Below are positions 30,048 through 45,130 of a stretch of 64,000 bases of DNA, piece by piece. The stretch is from the human T2T-CHM13v2.0 reference genome, Homo sapiens. The notes under the pieces were generated by a model. It saw only the letters and a list, made by a program, of their open reading frames with translations. It was not told where the DNA came from and made no database searches. Numbering within the stretch: position 1 is the stretch's first letter; each line of letters begins with the position of its first letter. The translations under genes were made by a program, and so were the position numbers. Location: assembly GCF_009914755.1 (NCBI RefSeq), contig NC_060937.1. One strand, 5' to 3'.

Positions 30048-32188
30048 CTGGTTCTTAGCATCAGCAAGAGAGTAGGGCAGAGTTGGCACATAGGCAGAGT
30101 AGCCTTCGAAAAGCCCTTCTCCGTCCCAGGTATTACGATGCTTTAGGGAGAGTGTTGTATGAAAACTGCTCATACATCCAGAATTATATCAGTTCCACAA
30201 GGTACTGGCACAAGAAGAGTCGTGGAAGACTGACCTGGCCATGGCTTCTCATGTCCCAGCTCAGGACCTGCCACATCAATTCTCCCTTTCCTCTGGCCGT
30301 CACGTGTGGAGTGAAATTCTCAGAAGCGGCTGTCCCTGTGCACCTCTCTGGCTGTGTCCAGGTTAGTGCTCTTCTGCAGCTGCCTCGTGGCCAGTCCCGA
30401 GCCTCAAGGCTGGGGCCTATTCATCTTTAGTGGCCAGCAGAGCACGGATTTTTTCTAGAAGCACGGGTAAATGACTGTCCCACAGACAGACCTTTTGCTA
30501 TTTATGAAAACCATCTTCCTGCACAGAGAGAGAAAAATCATGTGACAGGGCCTTGTAACAAGGCATCTCTTCTCAATATGAGGAGGGCCCGGGGTCCCAG
30601 AGCAGGTGTTGACCAGCCTCATTTTAGAATCTCTCCCATTGCGTTTGACAGAGTGGAGGGTTGTGCTTAGCGATGAGTCTTTTGTCTCCCACCGCCAGCG
30701 CAGGCCAGCGCGTTTCAGAGACCAGGCGTGGGTTTCTTTTTATATTAAACCGCCCATTGTATTACCAAATGGCAGAGACTCAAAGGTGTGCTCTGGATAG
30801 GTCATTCTAGAGAGAGGACCAAGGACGTTCGTAAGAGCACTCTGTGTCCTCTGTGGCACAGAGCAGTCACTGTGAGCCCACCCCGGAGCTGGGGACAGGA
30901 TTCCGGAGGGAGGAGGGATTTCATGAAGACTGTTTTTGGGCATCTGTTCCTGGCGGGGTGGCTCGGCTCTTGCTTTCTGTTTGCTGTGGCCCAGGAACCC
31001 TGAGTGTGCCTGGGTGACACACCTTCCTCATCCCTCCCACGTCCTCATCCCCAAAGCATTTAGCTCCAGCCTGGGAACAGCTGGGAAGGGATTCCTCTAC
31101 ATTTCTATATTCAGGAGCACTGTGTTTACTCTATGGAGACTTACTAATCCAGCTTATAAATAAATTACTCCAAATTGATCTGTCAGTGCAGGAAGTGAAA
31201 GGAAGAGTCTGGAGCGCCTCTCCACTCCTGCTTAATCCACAGCCGTGGGCAGCTCCGGGAGGGGAGAAGACAGCAAGCCACATTCTCCTGTGTGGGGCCA
31301 GCTTCTCCTACCTCCTCCCACCTCCTTCCACCGCCACAGACGTGAAGGGGGAGACCTGACACCCCTACATCTAGATTTGGGGGAGGGAAAAGGAAGACAT
31401 ACTCACTTGTTTTTAGTCCAAATGAAACTTGCCATGAGTGAAAAGTGATATTACCATCCAAGAGGCACCTTCCTGGACGTTTCTGTATATTGGCCACGGT
31501 CCTCCAAGCCCCACCAGCAGAGGAGCGAGTGCCCTGGCGGTGGCTGCTCAGGGACAGTGGCCTTCATAGTCTCACCTCGCCATGCCCTGCAGGAGGAGGG
31601 CTCCGAGGAAAACCCCACTGGCAGGAAGGGGTAAATAGAGGGACTGTGGCACACAGAGATTCCTGGAGGCTCTAAAGACTGTTTTGAGAGCTAAGGGAAG
31701 TCGGAAGCTAGGAGTAAATTATGGGTGTTATTTTCAGTTGCTGGGTTAAATTATTAGTGTTCTCGGGTTGGTTGTTATCCCGGGCACTGAAGTTATAGCC
31801 CTGGTCTTGCCAAGATCTGTGTCTCTGCCCAGCCAACCAGGTCCAGGGGAAGGGAGCGTGGTGCTCTGCAGCACTGCCCAGGACTCTGGAGACCCCGTAG
31901 GTTCCTTTGAAGCCATGAGCAGCTGGGTTCTCCCCGTGCTGATGCAGTGGGGACTGGCACCTGGCATGTATCCGCCCCACCTTGCTCTGCCATCCTCCTG
32001 ATTCGTAGTTTATGACACGGAAAGTAGGGGTGCTTGCAACTCAAGATGAACCTATTTCAGTGTATCCTGACCCTAGAGAAAGGCTCCAACTCTTAAAGAA
32101 AATGAGACCCTGAATTCCCTCTTTTCCTTAACCACTTTGTCCTTATGTCCTAAAGGGGCCAGATCTGGGTTCCTGGGAGGAGTCTGTG

Positions 32189-32190
<2 letters not shown>

Positions 32191-32231
<41 letters not shown>

Positions 32232-32410
32232 TTCTGTCTCTCTCTGTTTTTGTGTCTGTTTCCATCTCTGTTTCCCTCTGTTTCTTGTTTCTCTGTCTCT
32301 GTTACCTCTTTCTCCATTTCTCTCTTTCTCTGTCTCTCCGTCTCTTTCTGTTTTTCTCGTTTTCTGTCTTTCTCGTTTTCTGTCTGTTTCTCTCTGTCTC
32401 CCATCTCTGC
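32191..32410. repeat. (CT)n microsatellite plus degenerate TCTG/TTTC pyrimidine tract
   Basis: Perfect (TC)n followed by about 180 bp of pyrimidine-rich sequence. Confidence 0.9.
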
Positions 32411-33160
32411 ACGCCCTGCATGGAGGTACCTCACTTTCCTCCTCCTGCAATCCAGTCTCACGCATATTTCTCTTTTTGGTTACTCTTAATAACTTACTCA
32501 GCAACTGAAAATAACACCCACGATTTACTCCAAGCTTCCAGGCTTCTTTAGCTCCCAAGCAGAGGCCAGAGCCTTTGGGAACCCATGCCCTGCAACCCTG
32601 TTGGGTCTCACAGTCTCAGGCTCTCCGTCCTGGGAGGTGTCCATTTGGCCTGTGGTATATGTAGGTCTTTCTTTCTCTTTTTTCTCCCTGCTGTTTCATG
32701 GTACATGACTTAACTGGGCAGCTTAGTATCTCTCCAGAATGTAGGCAAGAGCTGGGGAGGAGGGCACTCCAAGGCAAGTCCTTGATGTAGCTCTTATGCA
32801 TGTTTTTTGGTGCTGAGAATTTTGATAGTAATAATACAAATATGATGCTGTAGGCTTATGTGTAGATTTCAATTACCAATTCAGAGAGTGTTTCCTTGTA
32901 TTCCAGAAAATGAACATCTGTTTACAGCTTCAATTTTCTAATGATTAGAATGCCACAAACAAGAAAACCCAGAGGAAAGCTGTTGATGCTGAAATGTTTC
33001 CTTCCTCTACATATTCCATGATGCGTCCTGTGGGGTTATGCAAACAGTAATATCTCATTAAATATTCTGGTCTCTTGGGAATAGCTTCACATTGTCAAAA
33101 ATATATCTTCTCTCAGCTCCTACTGTAACAACAGTTAACTTTTTTTAAAAGATTACGTGA

Positions 33161-33486
33161 TTTTGTTGTTGTTGTTGTTGTTTTGTTTGTTTGATTTTTG
33201 AGACGTGCTCTCACTCTGTCACCCAGGCTGGAGTGCAGTGGCATGGTGTAATATCGGCTCATGGCCTCTGTCTCCTGGGCTCAAACAATCCTCCCACCTC
33301 AGCCTCCTGAGCAGTTGGGACTACGTGCATGCGCCAGCACACTCAGCTAAATTTTTTTTTTTTTTTTGTAGAGACAAGATTTTGCCATGTTGCCCAGGCT
33401 GGTCTCGAACTCCTGGGCCCAAGCAATCCTCCTTCCTTGGTCTCCCAAAGTGCTGGGATTACAGGCGTGAGCCACTGTACCCAGCT
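33161..33486 (-). mobile_element. AluJ SINE
   Basis: Reverse Alu with (TTG)n tail. Confidence 0.92.
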
Positions 33487-33670
33487 AAAAAAGAGTTTTA
33501 ATATTTTATTGCATGCCAGGCTCTGTGATAACTAATTAACAGGCATTAATTAATTTATTGCTCACAATAGACTTAGGAGACAGCATCACTATTTTACAGT
33601 AAGAAAAACCAAGGTCCAGAGAGTTCAACTGACTTGCTCATGATTTCATAGTCAGTAAGTGGTGTGTCTG

Positions 33671-34372
<702 letters not shown>

Positions 34373-35875
34373 GTCTGGGATTGGAATCCATGTCTAGTTG
34401 ACTCCAAAGTGTGTACTTTTAATCACTATAAACATTGTCCTGCCAAGCATAGAATCTTGAGAGTCTGGGGGATGCAGTGACCAGGGTGATCAACTATTTC
34501 GAAACACACAGGGGTCTAAACACCCTTCCTCAGCTTCCTATCCTAGCAACTTAGCTCAGCACGCCCCAGCCATTTCCATAGTATCTAAGGAACACCGAAA
34601 GGCAGGAGGCTCAGTTAAATTTTTATTAAACTCATCACTTTCTTTTTAATAAGGGATATTGAACCACACCCAGTATAAGCCTCACTCCAATTTAGTGATT
34701 CAGTACAGCACTGCTTGATGTGACGAAGGCCTTCTTGACTCTAAGGTTTAGGAGAATTTCATGGAAGAGGAAATTAGGCTCACTCTGTCCACCCCAAGTG
34801 GTAAAGATGTTGAGAATTCTCATCCCAGGGTTTGGAACAGCCTGCACAGCTAAAATAAAGTAGAAAGAAAACCCATTTCCTATTTACCATTTTTATTTCT
34901 TCAGAGAGTTAAACATATCTATTTTCTCGCCCTCCAAGTTTTTTCTCTATTATTTCAGAGAACGCCCTCATGTCTTATTACCAGATAAGACACAGCCCTT
35001 GCAGACTCCTAAAGACAAGCGGCCTCATTGTGCAGGATGTCCTGTTAGTTTTAGGCTTCTGAGGAGACAAGCTGGGCAAGGGATTGTATTAGCACACACA
35101 TTGCTCCACCCAGCCTTTCTTTGAATTTTTTTTTTTTTCATTCAAAGTCTCCAAAGGCTGAAACAGAGACTATAGGTCTCAGGAGAACATCCGTAATACC
35201 AATTCCTTCAGTGGCAGTAGGTTAGAGTGATTGTAGTAGAAGCCACACGATCTTTAAAAATAATTGCTTTGACAATGATGGATATAGGAATGGACAACAA
35301 AATCTGCCCTCCTGTTACCTTCTTGCAAGTATTTGCTGGTTTAGATAACTTGCAAGTTATTTTCCCCAGGCCTGGTTGGTCTCAGCCAGGAAAAACCTAC
35401 TCACAGCAATGGCTCTGGCCATACTGCTTAGAAATTGCTGGTGCCAAGGGATGTGATGATGGTCTATGTGCTTTTCTCAACATCGTTTTTTATGCCAACA
35501 TATCAGAAAGATAATATTCTTGTCCTGGTGTGCTTAGAAAGTAACTCTAGCAACTAAACTATAATGATGAGTACAGTAAATGGGTCACCCCTTTCTTTAA
35601 AGAGAAAATTGCTCAAAGTTCTCTGGGAAGTATGGGGGTTTTCCATGACTAGAATGAATCCATGGTTTTCTTAAGAAAAAAATCTAAAGAAATACAACAT
35701 AAAGCATGCAAGGAGTCTATGCATTTCATGGCAATCTTAGCTCGTTCTGGGAAACAACTGTTGTTAGTAAAGCCTCATACGATGCATTCATTCAGCCATT
35801 CAACAAATATTAATTAGGAATTGACTTCTTCCACAGTTTGTGCTTGGTACTAGGTAAAATTAAAAAAGAAGCAGA

Positions 35876-36180
35876 GCCTGTAATCCTAGCACTTTGGGAA
35901 GCTGAGGCCAGGGGATCACCTGAGATTAGGAGTTCGAGACTAGCCTAGCCAACAATGCAAAACTCCGTCTCCACTAAAAAAAAAATACAAAAATTAACCA
36001 GGCATGGTGGCAGGTGCCTATAATCCCAGCTACTCAGGAGGCTGAGGCAGGAGAATCACTTGAACCCTTGATGGGGTGGTGGGGGAGAGGTTGCAGTGAG
36101 CTGAGATTGCACCACTTCACTCCAGGCTGGGCGAAAGAGCAGAACTCTGTCTCAAAAAAAAAAAAAAAAAAAAAAAAAAA
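35876..36180 (+). mobile_element. AluS SINE, 5'-truncated
   Basis: Starts at gcctgtaatc; aagcagag duplicated on both flanks; G-rich insertion in the right arm. Confidence 0.92.
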
Positions 36181-36339
36181 GCAGAGATGTTGTCTCAACC
36201 CAAGCTGGGCTGCTGAAACTGAGGACCTTACATTCCAGTGGGCAGGCACGGGTACAGAGGTAGAGCTTGGGTTCCAGTGACAAGCCAGAAACTAGCTTGG
36301 GATGACTCTGAAGAATACTCTTACATCAATATAGCTGGT

Positions 36340-37000
36340 ATTGTACCAACACATTTAGGTCCAGAAATTGATTGCGCAATGGCATAACGGGGGAGATCTG
36401 CTTTAATTGCCATCAGTTCTGTTTTCAAAATATCTGGACTTTTTCTTCGGCCAAAAGCTCATGTGATCCAACAGAGTAATGCAGTCGCTTTAAAAAGCGA
36501 ATGTAATTGTAAGCTCCATTAAATAAAAATACCGTGTCCAGATAATAAGTAACAGTAACACTATATGCTGGTCAGATGATAATTGGAAAATAATGTTCGC
36601 TACAAGGCATTATAATTAAGATGTCTCATTTAGAAAGGCAGGGTGGAGGTGCTGAGGGCTTTAGAAACGGTTCCTGATCTAGGCTGGCCGGAGGCTCTGA
36701 GTGTGTTTAGCTTGGAAGAGAGAAAACAAGGAACTATCTTCCTGTCTTCAAATATTGGAGGAGGTGTTGTGAGGACGAAGGAATAAATCGGTTTTATTTT
36801 AGGACAAGACAGAAGAGGAGCAAAGAGTGAGTAAATGTCAAGGGAAAGACAGAGGAAGTAAATAAGGAAGGAAGTGGCAAGGAGGTTGATTTTGAGTTCA
36901 ATAGACGAAAACAACTTGCTGAAAAAAGCTTTCTAACAAACTAAAGTGCTCAGAATTGGAAATGGCACTCTCCAACAATGGAGAGGTCACTGTCACTTCT
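36340..37000 (+). mobile_element. L3/CR1 LINE remnant
   Basis: gtgtttagcttggaagagagaaaac...ctgtcttcaaatattggagg...gattttgagttcaatagacgaaaac...ctttctaacaa matches the L3 3' region. Confidence 0.7.
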
Positions 37001-37694
37001 CAGAATGTAAGCTACATGGTCATTTGTCAAGGACCTTGAGTTCCAGCATCAGGTAGAATGTTAGCTGTCTAAGTTCTCATTCATCTACAGGACACGGGGC
37101 TTCTGCGATGGGCCGGGCTTGTCCTGCGGAGACTGTCGCCAAGGCAGGAAGTGGAACACAAGTACGTGGGCTCCTTGAGCAAAGTGCTGTTAAACAGATG
37201 GGACACTCTAGATGCATTAGTTAAAGCCAAGCATGTTTCTAGACACTTCTAGAGAAGGAAACTTTCCCTAACGTCACAGCGGGGTCGGGGGTAAAAAGGG
37301 CGGGTCTTCGTGAGAAGTGAGCTCCTTCTATGACAGGTATGAAAGAGAAAGCTCGCTGGTTCCAGGTGACAGCTCCCATCGAAAATTCCAGGAGCTGCTC
37401 TGGAGGAAATGGTGCTGAGATTTGCAAAGGGCAAAGAACAAATGATGCAAGAGACGGAGGAAATATGGACTCGGCCCAAACACAGTCCCGTCAGGGGCCG
37501 TCTGTGGGAATGTGCCGCTGTTCTTGTGCTATTTCAGCGCAAAAGATTTAGGAAACACAGAGACACACAGAATGGCAATTCAAACTGATTCATCTACCTG
37601 ATTTAAAAAAATAAAATATTGCTTCAGCTTGGTCCAAAATGTAACACATGGAGGTATAACCTTTTAGTTAAAAAATCATTCTTTTTCTTACCAT

Positions 37695-37805
37695 ACTGAG
37701 AGATCTTTGCCGGTAGAGAAAATGTCCTGTTTATTTTGGTATCCCTAGAGTTTAACATAGAGTCTACATATAGCAAAAATTTCAATAAACATTTAGTATA
37801 CCAAA
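37695..37805 (+). mobile_element. L2 3' end remnant
   Basis: ggtatccctagagtttaacatagagtct...caataaacattt. Confidence 0.5.
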
Positions 37806-37989
37806 CAGAAATGTGATTTTTGGATGGCAGAGGGGTTGAGATATCTGGGCAAGAACAAAGTGTGATTTTCACTTTCTCTGGTCTTCTGTTGTCCCAGCAA
37901 AACCTCCCTCTGCTCCAAGGACAGCAGGATGCCCTGAGCTCTTGGTTGCAGCACAGCGTCCTCTAGCCCCCTCCATGGCACCCTCAGCT

Positions 37990-38100
37990 GACTTACTCAC
38001 TCATGCATTCAGCAAATGTCCTTTGAGCCCCTACCATGTGCTAGGCTCCATGCCAGGGCTGGGTTATAGTGACAGAAAGACCAGTAGGATCCCTGCTTCC
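37990..38100 (-). mobile_element. L2 3' end remnant
   Basis: cattcagcaaatgtcctttgagcccctaccatgtgctaggc. Confidence 0.6.
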
Positions 38101-38231
38101 TGCAACTCTTCCTCTGAGTCTGCATTGGTGGGAGTGATGGCATTGGGAGTTGAGTACCTGGCATCAATTAAACAGGAAAAAAAAGTTTCTTTTAAAAATT
38201 TCCAATGGAGATGTGAAAGTATATATATATA

Positions 38232-38524
<293 letters not shown>

Positions 38525-38709
38525 TGAAAATATTTTTTTAAAGAACTCTATTCGATAACCTCTGTGATTTGGTATTTCTTTGATCCCAAAACATATCCAG
38601 ATAACAAGTATAAACACAAACAAACAAACAAAAAACACTATGCCCAGAAATACTGATCAATCAGAAGAGGAGTTGATCCAAGCTTTAAGCACTTTTTTTA
38701 TGTTAAAAA

Positions 38710-39090
<381 letters not shown>

Positions 39091-42000
39091 CTACCAAGCA
39101 TTGAGAGGATCACTCTCTACACCTGCTGCCTGCGTGGCCATCAGTGCTTTCCAACAGGTTCACAAACAAGAGAGGTTTGAAAGCGTTGAAATTCTGCATG
39201 TAAATCGAGTCACCTTCTCACTAAAGGATTCATTTCAACTCATATCCTCAGACAAGAAAGGTAAAAAAGATGAATAGAGAAATGGAAAGGAAAGAGTTGA
39301 GAAGAAAGCGTGAAGAAGGGCAGACTCAGAGCTTGGAGGCCAATTAAAATAAGAAGAGGCTGAAGGAAAGGCAGGGAGAATAAGAAACGAGGGGAGGAAG
39401 GGAAAAATGAAGAAAAAGAGGAACTAAAATTTTGCAGAGTTGCTGAGTTCCAGCTCAAACGTGATGGAAAGGAGTGTGTTGTTGACCTGCAAGGGACCCC
39501 TGCTGCCTGGGCTGCCTGAGGTCCCAGGGATGTGTCCTCTGATGCTGGAGGCAGGGACAGATTGAATGTCACCAGCTGCATCCTGCCCAGCACATGAATG
39601 CTAGGGTAGCAGAGAGTGCAGAGGATACCTCAACACAGGAGCAGATGGCTGAGATGCATTAGTGTCTGTAACACTTTCAATCCCTCTGAGATACATGCCT
39701 GGGAAACATTTTGTTTCCTCTTCCTCAATTGGTGAAGCAAGGCATTTTAATATTCCTAATTATCCCCACCCACATAGTACATTTTTTACAAAGGCAACAC
39801 TCAGAAGGGCCAGGGCTTATTGAGCCAGACGCCGCTGAGACAGGGGGGCTGAAGGGAAATGCAACCCACCCGCCACCCCCTCTTCATACTGGGGCTGGAG
39901 GAGTCCACGGAGAACGTCGGAACCTTATGCCTGCCTTATATAAATATTGTAAGGATTGATTTGATCATGTTGGCAAACTGCTCTGCACTCCTGAGAGAAA
40001 GAGAGTTACAAGGATATGGTTTTATTATTCACAACACGCTGTGTGCTTACTGTTGGAGAGCTCAGATGCAAACTGCCTGCGGGTTGTAATTTCACTCTGC
40101 TCCTTCTGTGTTGGGAACCAGCAGCTTAGGTTTCTATATTTGAAAAATAAGTTTCTTCATCAGCAACTACTCCAGTACATCAGAGGGGAATGATGGAGTA
40201 GAGCAAGTTCGATAAGAGCAGCTCTATTGCCCTAGTGAGATTTGTCCGAATGGGAGAGTTCAGCCAGGAAGGGGGAGATTAAACAATGAGCCTCGACTCC
40301 ATTGAGTCGGGATCCTCTCTCAGCAAGACACTGCTGAGCAAAAAAATCAATAGCAAGAGAAACAAAATCAAACCACATCCAGGCTTCAACACCTTGGGGA
40401 AATAACGGGAAGAGGGAAACTTTATTAAGACTGTTCTGTCAACCTTACTCATTCATTGGAGGCATTTCTTCTTTAAATATTCCAGTCCATTTTGGAGGGC
40501 AGAGGCAATCACAGGGCAGATTGATCTTGCACTAAATAGACATTTGGTTAGCTCTAAGTTGTAGGTACAAGAGATGGATTTTCCTGTGGAAGTGTGTGAG
40601 AGGGTAGCCTCTCCAACTCCCACCCCAGGGCCAGGACCAAGACTCATAGCACTACTTCCAGGACTGTGAAGGAACAAATGACCTTGTTCAGAAGAAAAGA
40701 AGAATGGGCACAAATGACTTGGAGAAATGGCACAAGTGGGGATTTTTATCTATATATTGTCCTCAAATAAATCACCAAAAAAATGACACTGCAACTACTC
40801 AATACGTTTATTCTGGTCTTTCTCTCCTCTCCTGCCCTAAAAAGCCCTGGACAGATGTGCCCCACCCCCTTGCTCTGATGCTTTACTGTAAAACTCTAAA
40901 CATCCTCAGAGGTGCATTGTCTTCTACTTATTTAGCCAGTACTTATTTTGTTGAGTGCTGCTACGGGCTCAGTGCTTTCTTAAACACTGCAGGGCTCAGT
41001 AAAGAAAAATACTATTTGCTCCTTTCCTAAGAAAGCTTACAGACTGGCCAACAGGCATAAAGTTATTAGAGACTGGGTCACAAGGAAATAGGAAGCGAGT
41101 TCTCCAATACACAGAATTAATGTTGCTTCTCTAGTATTGAAAGACAGCCCAATACTGACAAGGCTCCCTGGATGCCTGCCCCAGCTTCCATCATTGTCAC
41201 AGCAAACCCACTGGGCCCAGTGCCCAATCATTTGCAGGGATGGTTACACCTGAGTTCTTACAACCTGGGCTTGAGGTAGGAAGTGCGTACATAGCCTGCA
41301 GACCTTTGCCACATCCTCCCCATAGACAGCCCCAACCCTGCCCCGTCCCTATCTTCTGCAGGTAGAGGGGCTTCAGAGAGCTGACTTCTCACAGCTTCCC
41401 TGCTCCCAGGGCACAGAGCTGAGCTCATGGCTTCATTCCCACACAACATATAGCTTTTATAACAGGATGGTTACAGGGACAGAATGGGCATGAGACATAA
41501 GGTCAGATTGCAACCCTCTGAAAAGTGCAAACAACAAAAAGTATGAGCTATGCACCCAAAATAGGAACAAAGGGGCCAATGTGTCTTGAGTTGGGAAGGC
41601 TTTAGAATGTATTTCTAATGCAAAGACAAGGTCAAAGAAAAAGGAGGGGCAAAGTGAGGCCTTCAAAGATTTGCTTTGGGAGAACCCCAGGCTCCTTGGG
41701 CTTTAGGGAAGATGCTCTTCATCCTCAGACCACCCAGAGCCAAGCTGACACAGCAGCTGCCTTGCCCATAAGAGCCAGATCTGGGGCACTCTCCAGTGAG
41801 CCAGGCTTCTAAGCTTCCCCCTAAAATCCACCTCATCCCTGGGCCTAGAGTGTGACTTTGCAGTGCTTTAAGGACCTGGGCCAGCTCCTCCACCTCCTCA
41901 GCCCACTTGCCTCCCACTCCCGAGTGTTTGCATTTGAATGGATCCTGGAAAACAGTAGGAAGAAGGTGATTTGGTAGCAAGGGCCCCAAATCTGTTCCAA

Positions 42001-42376
42001 CTCTATCATCATTGAAAGTCATTTTATAGGCAAAAAGAGAAGAACTCTTAAATGCTTGTGCAAGTTCTCCCAGCAAGTCCAGGGAATTTGGCCCAGGTCT
42101 CCTTTATCAAGCCTAAGCTTTTCCCCTACGACAGTCAAAAGCCTGCTCACCTCTTCTGGGTTGGCAGCCCAATCCAAACGCCACCTCCTCTGAGAACCAT
42201 CAAAGACCATCAGATATCATCCACCCCACCACCCGCAACCCCGTACATCATCAGCTCATTCCAGCCTATTCCCTGCCCTGCCCTAGCCTAGCTAACTGCT
42301 CCGTGGTTCTAGGCACCATTTCGGCAGGTCCTGTGTGAGTGCATTCATGTGGAATTTATTTTTGTATAGTTCACAA

Positions 42377-43055
42377 TGTAACTGCCCAAGGGATTTATCT
42401 AGCCCGCTGCCTAGACAGAGCCAATTCATCAAGACAGGGGAATTGCCATAGAGAAAAAGTAATTCACGCAGAGGCGGCTGTGTGGGAAACTGGAGTTTAT
42501 TACTCAAATCAGTCTCCCCGAGCATTCAGGTAGCAGAGTTTTTAAGGATAACTTGGTGGGCAGGGGTAGCCAGTGAGCCAGGAATGCTGATTGGTCAGGG
42601 ATGAAATCATAGGGAGTTGGAGCTGTCTTCTTGTGCTCAGTCAGTTCCTGGATAGAGGCCACAAGATCAGATGAGCCAGTTTATTGATCTGGGTGGGGCC
42701 GGCTGATCCATCAGGTGCAGGGTCTGCAAAATATCTCATGCACTGATCTTAGGAGCAGTTTAGGGAGGGTCAGAATCTTGTAGCCTCCAGCTGCATGCCT
42801 CGTAAACCATAATTTCGAATCTGGTGGCTAATGTTGGTCCTACAAAGGCAATCTAGTCCCCAGGCAAGAAGAAGGTCTGCTTTGGGAAAGGGCTGTTACC
42901 ATTTTTGTTTAAACTATAAACTAAGTTTCTCCCAAAGTTAGTTCAGCCTATGCCCAGGAATGAACAAGAACAGCTTAGAGTTTAGAAGCAAGATGGTGCT
43001 GGTTAAGTTAGATCTCTTTCACTGTCTCAGTCATAATTTTGCAAAGGTGGTTTCA
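42377..43055 (-). mobile_element. LTR8 solo LTR (ERV1, HUERS-P1 group)
   Basis: Reverse complement starts tgaaaccacctttgcaaaattatgactgagacagtgaaagagatc and ends gggcagttaca; perfect 4-bp TSD ACAA. Confidence 0.92.
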
Positions 43056-44228
43056 ACAATGCCCCCAGCACCATTGTGGTTTCTTAGTTGGTAATGATCC
43101 CACACCCTGTTCCATATGGCTCACACCCTTCTGTTCCTCCTGCCTCTTTGCTGCTCTGCATGTGACCTGCTGCCCTGCTCTCCTGTCTTCCCTGCCCTCC
43201 ATTCTCTCCCCATCTTTAGTGACATCGTGCTGTCACTGCTTCACTCCCAAGTTTGTCCTGGTCCCAGTGTAAATTAGTCCCTGGGTGCCTTCTTTGTGGA
43301 GGGGAGGCATATGCAAAGACGAAATAGAGACAGGGACTTCACTGCTCTCCCGGAGCCTGACCGAAGACCAGCCAGGTCCTGGAACCTGCTCCAGGTCACA
43401 GAGCAGAGAGGTTCAGTCCTGTAAAGATAGGGCCTCTGAGTCTGCTTAGAAACAAAAATCCCATCACGCAAACACAGCACTGAGAAGATGAGGCAGACAC
43501 AAGGCCAAAAAAGATCTGGTAGCTCTTGGTGGACCTCACAGAACGTGAGTCAGCCAGAGCTGCCATGGCTTTAAAAGGTGTTAATGAGTTCAGGTGAGCC
43601 ACCCCTCAGGGCATCTAATGGTCCCAGAGGGAGGCTCCATTATGCAGCCCCAGAATGCCCTTCTCACTTCACAAATTCGTGCCAGTGGTCTCAAGGGATG
43701 AGTGAAGGGATGTGCTGGATAGACTGGACCAGGCTGCGTTTCTAATCATTGAAAGCAGAAAAGGAACAAATCAGCTCTCAGCTGAAGTGTGCAGTTGGAG
43801 CGGGGGTCCCCGGGGGGCTTTTTCTCCAGTTACCACCTGAGCTCAGTCCCCCGGCCCCCAGCTCCTCTAAGTGCTTTCCTGGAGGAGAAAGGCAGGGTCC
43901 TTCATCCCCACTCCTCGCCCATTCCCGAGCCAGCCCCTAAAAGGAGGCACAGGTGTTAAGCAACCACTCAGCCCATGACCTCCGGTACAGCTTTCCAGCA
44001 AACAGGCCGCCTCTGATGAAAGCGATGCAGACAGCTGAGCAGTTACAAAGTGGCAGCAGACAGCCTGGACCGGCAGTGGACAGACAATATGTCCAGCCCT
44101 GTGGAAAATTTGTGGGCAATGAATATTCAACAGCTGCATGGCACACCACCAGTGCCTTGAGGATCGCTAAAGAGGATGCTTTCTTCTACATGACTCTGTG
44201 TTCCTGTAGGTGACAAAATACCACAAGT

Positions 44229-44517
44229 GGCTGGGTGCGGTGGCTCACGCCTGTAATCCTAGCACTTTGGGAGGCTGAGGCGGGCAGATCATGAGGTCAG
44301 GAGATTGAGACCATCCTGGCTAACATGGTGAAAACTGGTCTCTACTAAAAATACAAAAAATTATCCGGGCGTTGTGGCGGGCGCCTGTAATTTTACCCAG
44401 GATGAGGCAGGAAAATCGCTTGAACCTGGGAGGAGGTTGCAGTGAGCTGAGATTGTGCCACTGCACTCCAGCCTGGGCGACAGAGCGAGACTCTGTTAAA
44501 AACAAAACAAAACAAAG
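44229..44517 (+). mobile_element. AluS (Sc-like) SINE
   Basis: Alu with a small internal deletion, (AAAAC)n tail, and accacaag on both flanks. Confidence 0.92.
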
Positions 44518-44631
44518 CAACCACAAGCTAAAATGCTGATCATATCTCTGCTAAAGCCCATTCACAGTGGTGGGCTGAGCCTGGAAGCCTGAAGAGGGAG
44601 GGGGAGAGGTGGGTGCTTCTCTGACTCAGAG

Positions 44632-45130
44632 CCACTGGGTCCTCAACCTTAGGACACTTCAGAGTCACCTGGGAGCCTTAAAAAAAACCCGCCAATTAAA
44701 CCAGAACCTCTAGGGGTAGGCCCTGGGAATCAAGTTTAAAAGGATGTTTTTAAAACTGTTTTTGGAACTAATTTTAAACTCTGAGAAGTTGTTAGAATAA
44801 AACTACTACAAAGAATACCCATATGTCCTCTACACTGATTGTGAACATTTTAACCTATTTGCTTAATTATTTTTCTGTATCTTTCAATACACACACATAT
44901 ACACATTCACCCATAATATTTTAAAATATTTTTTTCTGGGCCATTTGAAGATTAGTTACATCACGGTCCTTGACCTCAAAATACTTCAGTGTGTAACTCC
45001 TAAGAGACATCCTCCTACATAACCATAGTACAGTTACCTACTCCAGCAAATTTAACATTAATACAACACTTTGGGAGTCAGAGGTCTTTTAACTCTTCAG
45101 GTGAGTCTGATGTGCAACCAAGCATGAGAA
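44632..45130. mobile_element. MER5-type MITE split by a minus-strand L1MC-type 3' fragment (about 44745-45070)
   Basis: gagtcacctgggagcc...ccagaacctctaggggtaggccc resumes as caggtgagtctgatgtgcaaccaagcatgagaa; the insert contains aaatacttcagtgtgtaactcctaagag. Confidence 0.6.

Noticed and set aside
32073-32558. Arg/Glu- and Ser/Leu-rich ORFs
   Set aside because: Artefacts of the CT-rich tract.
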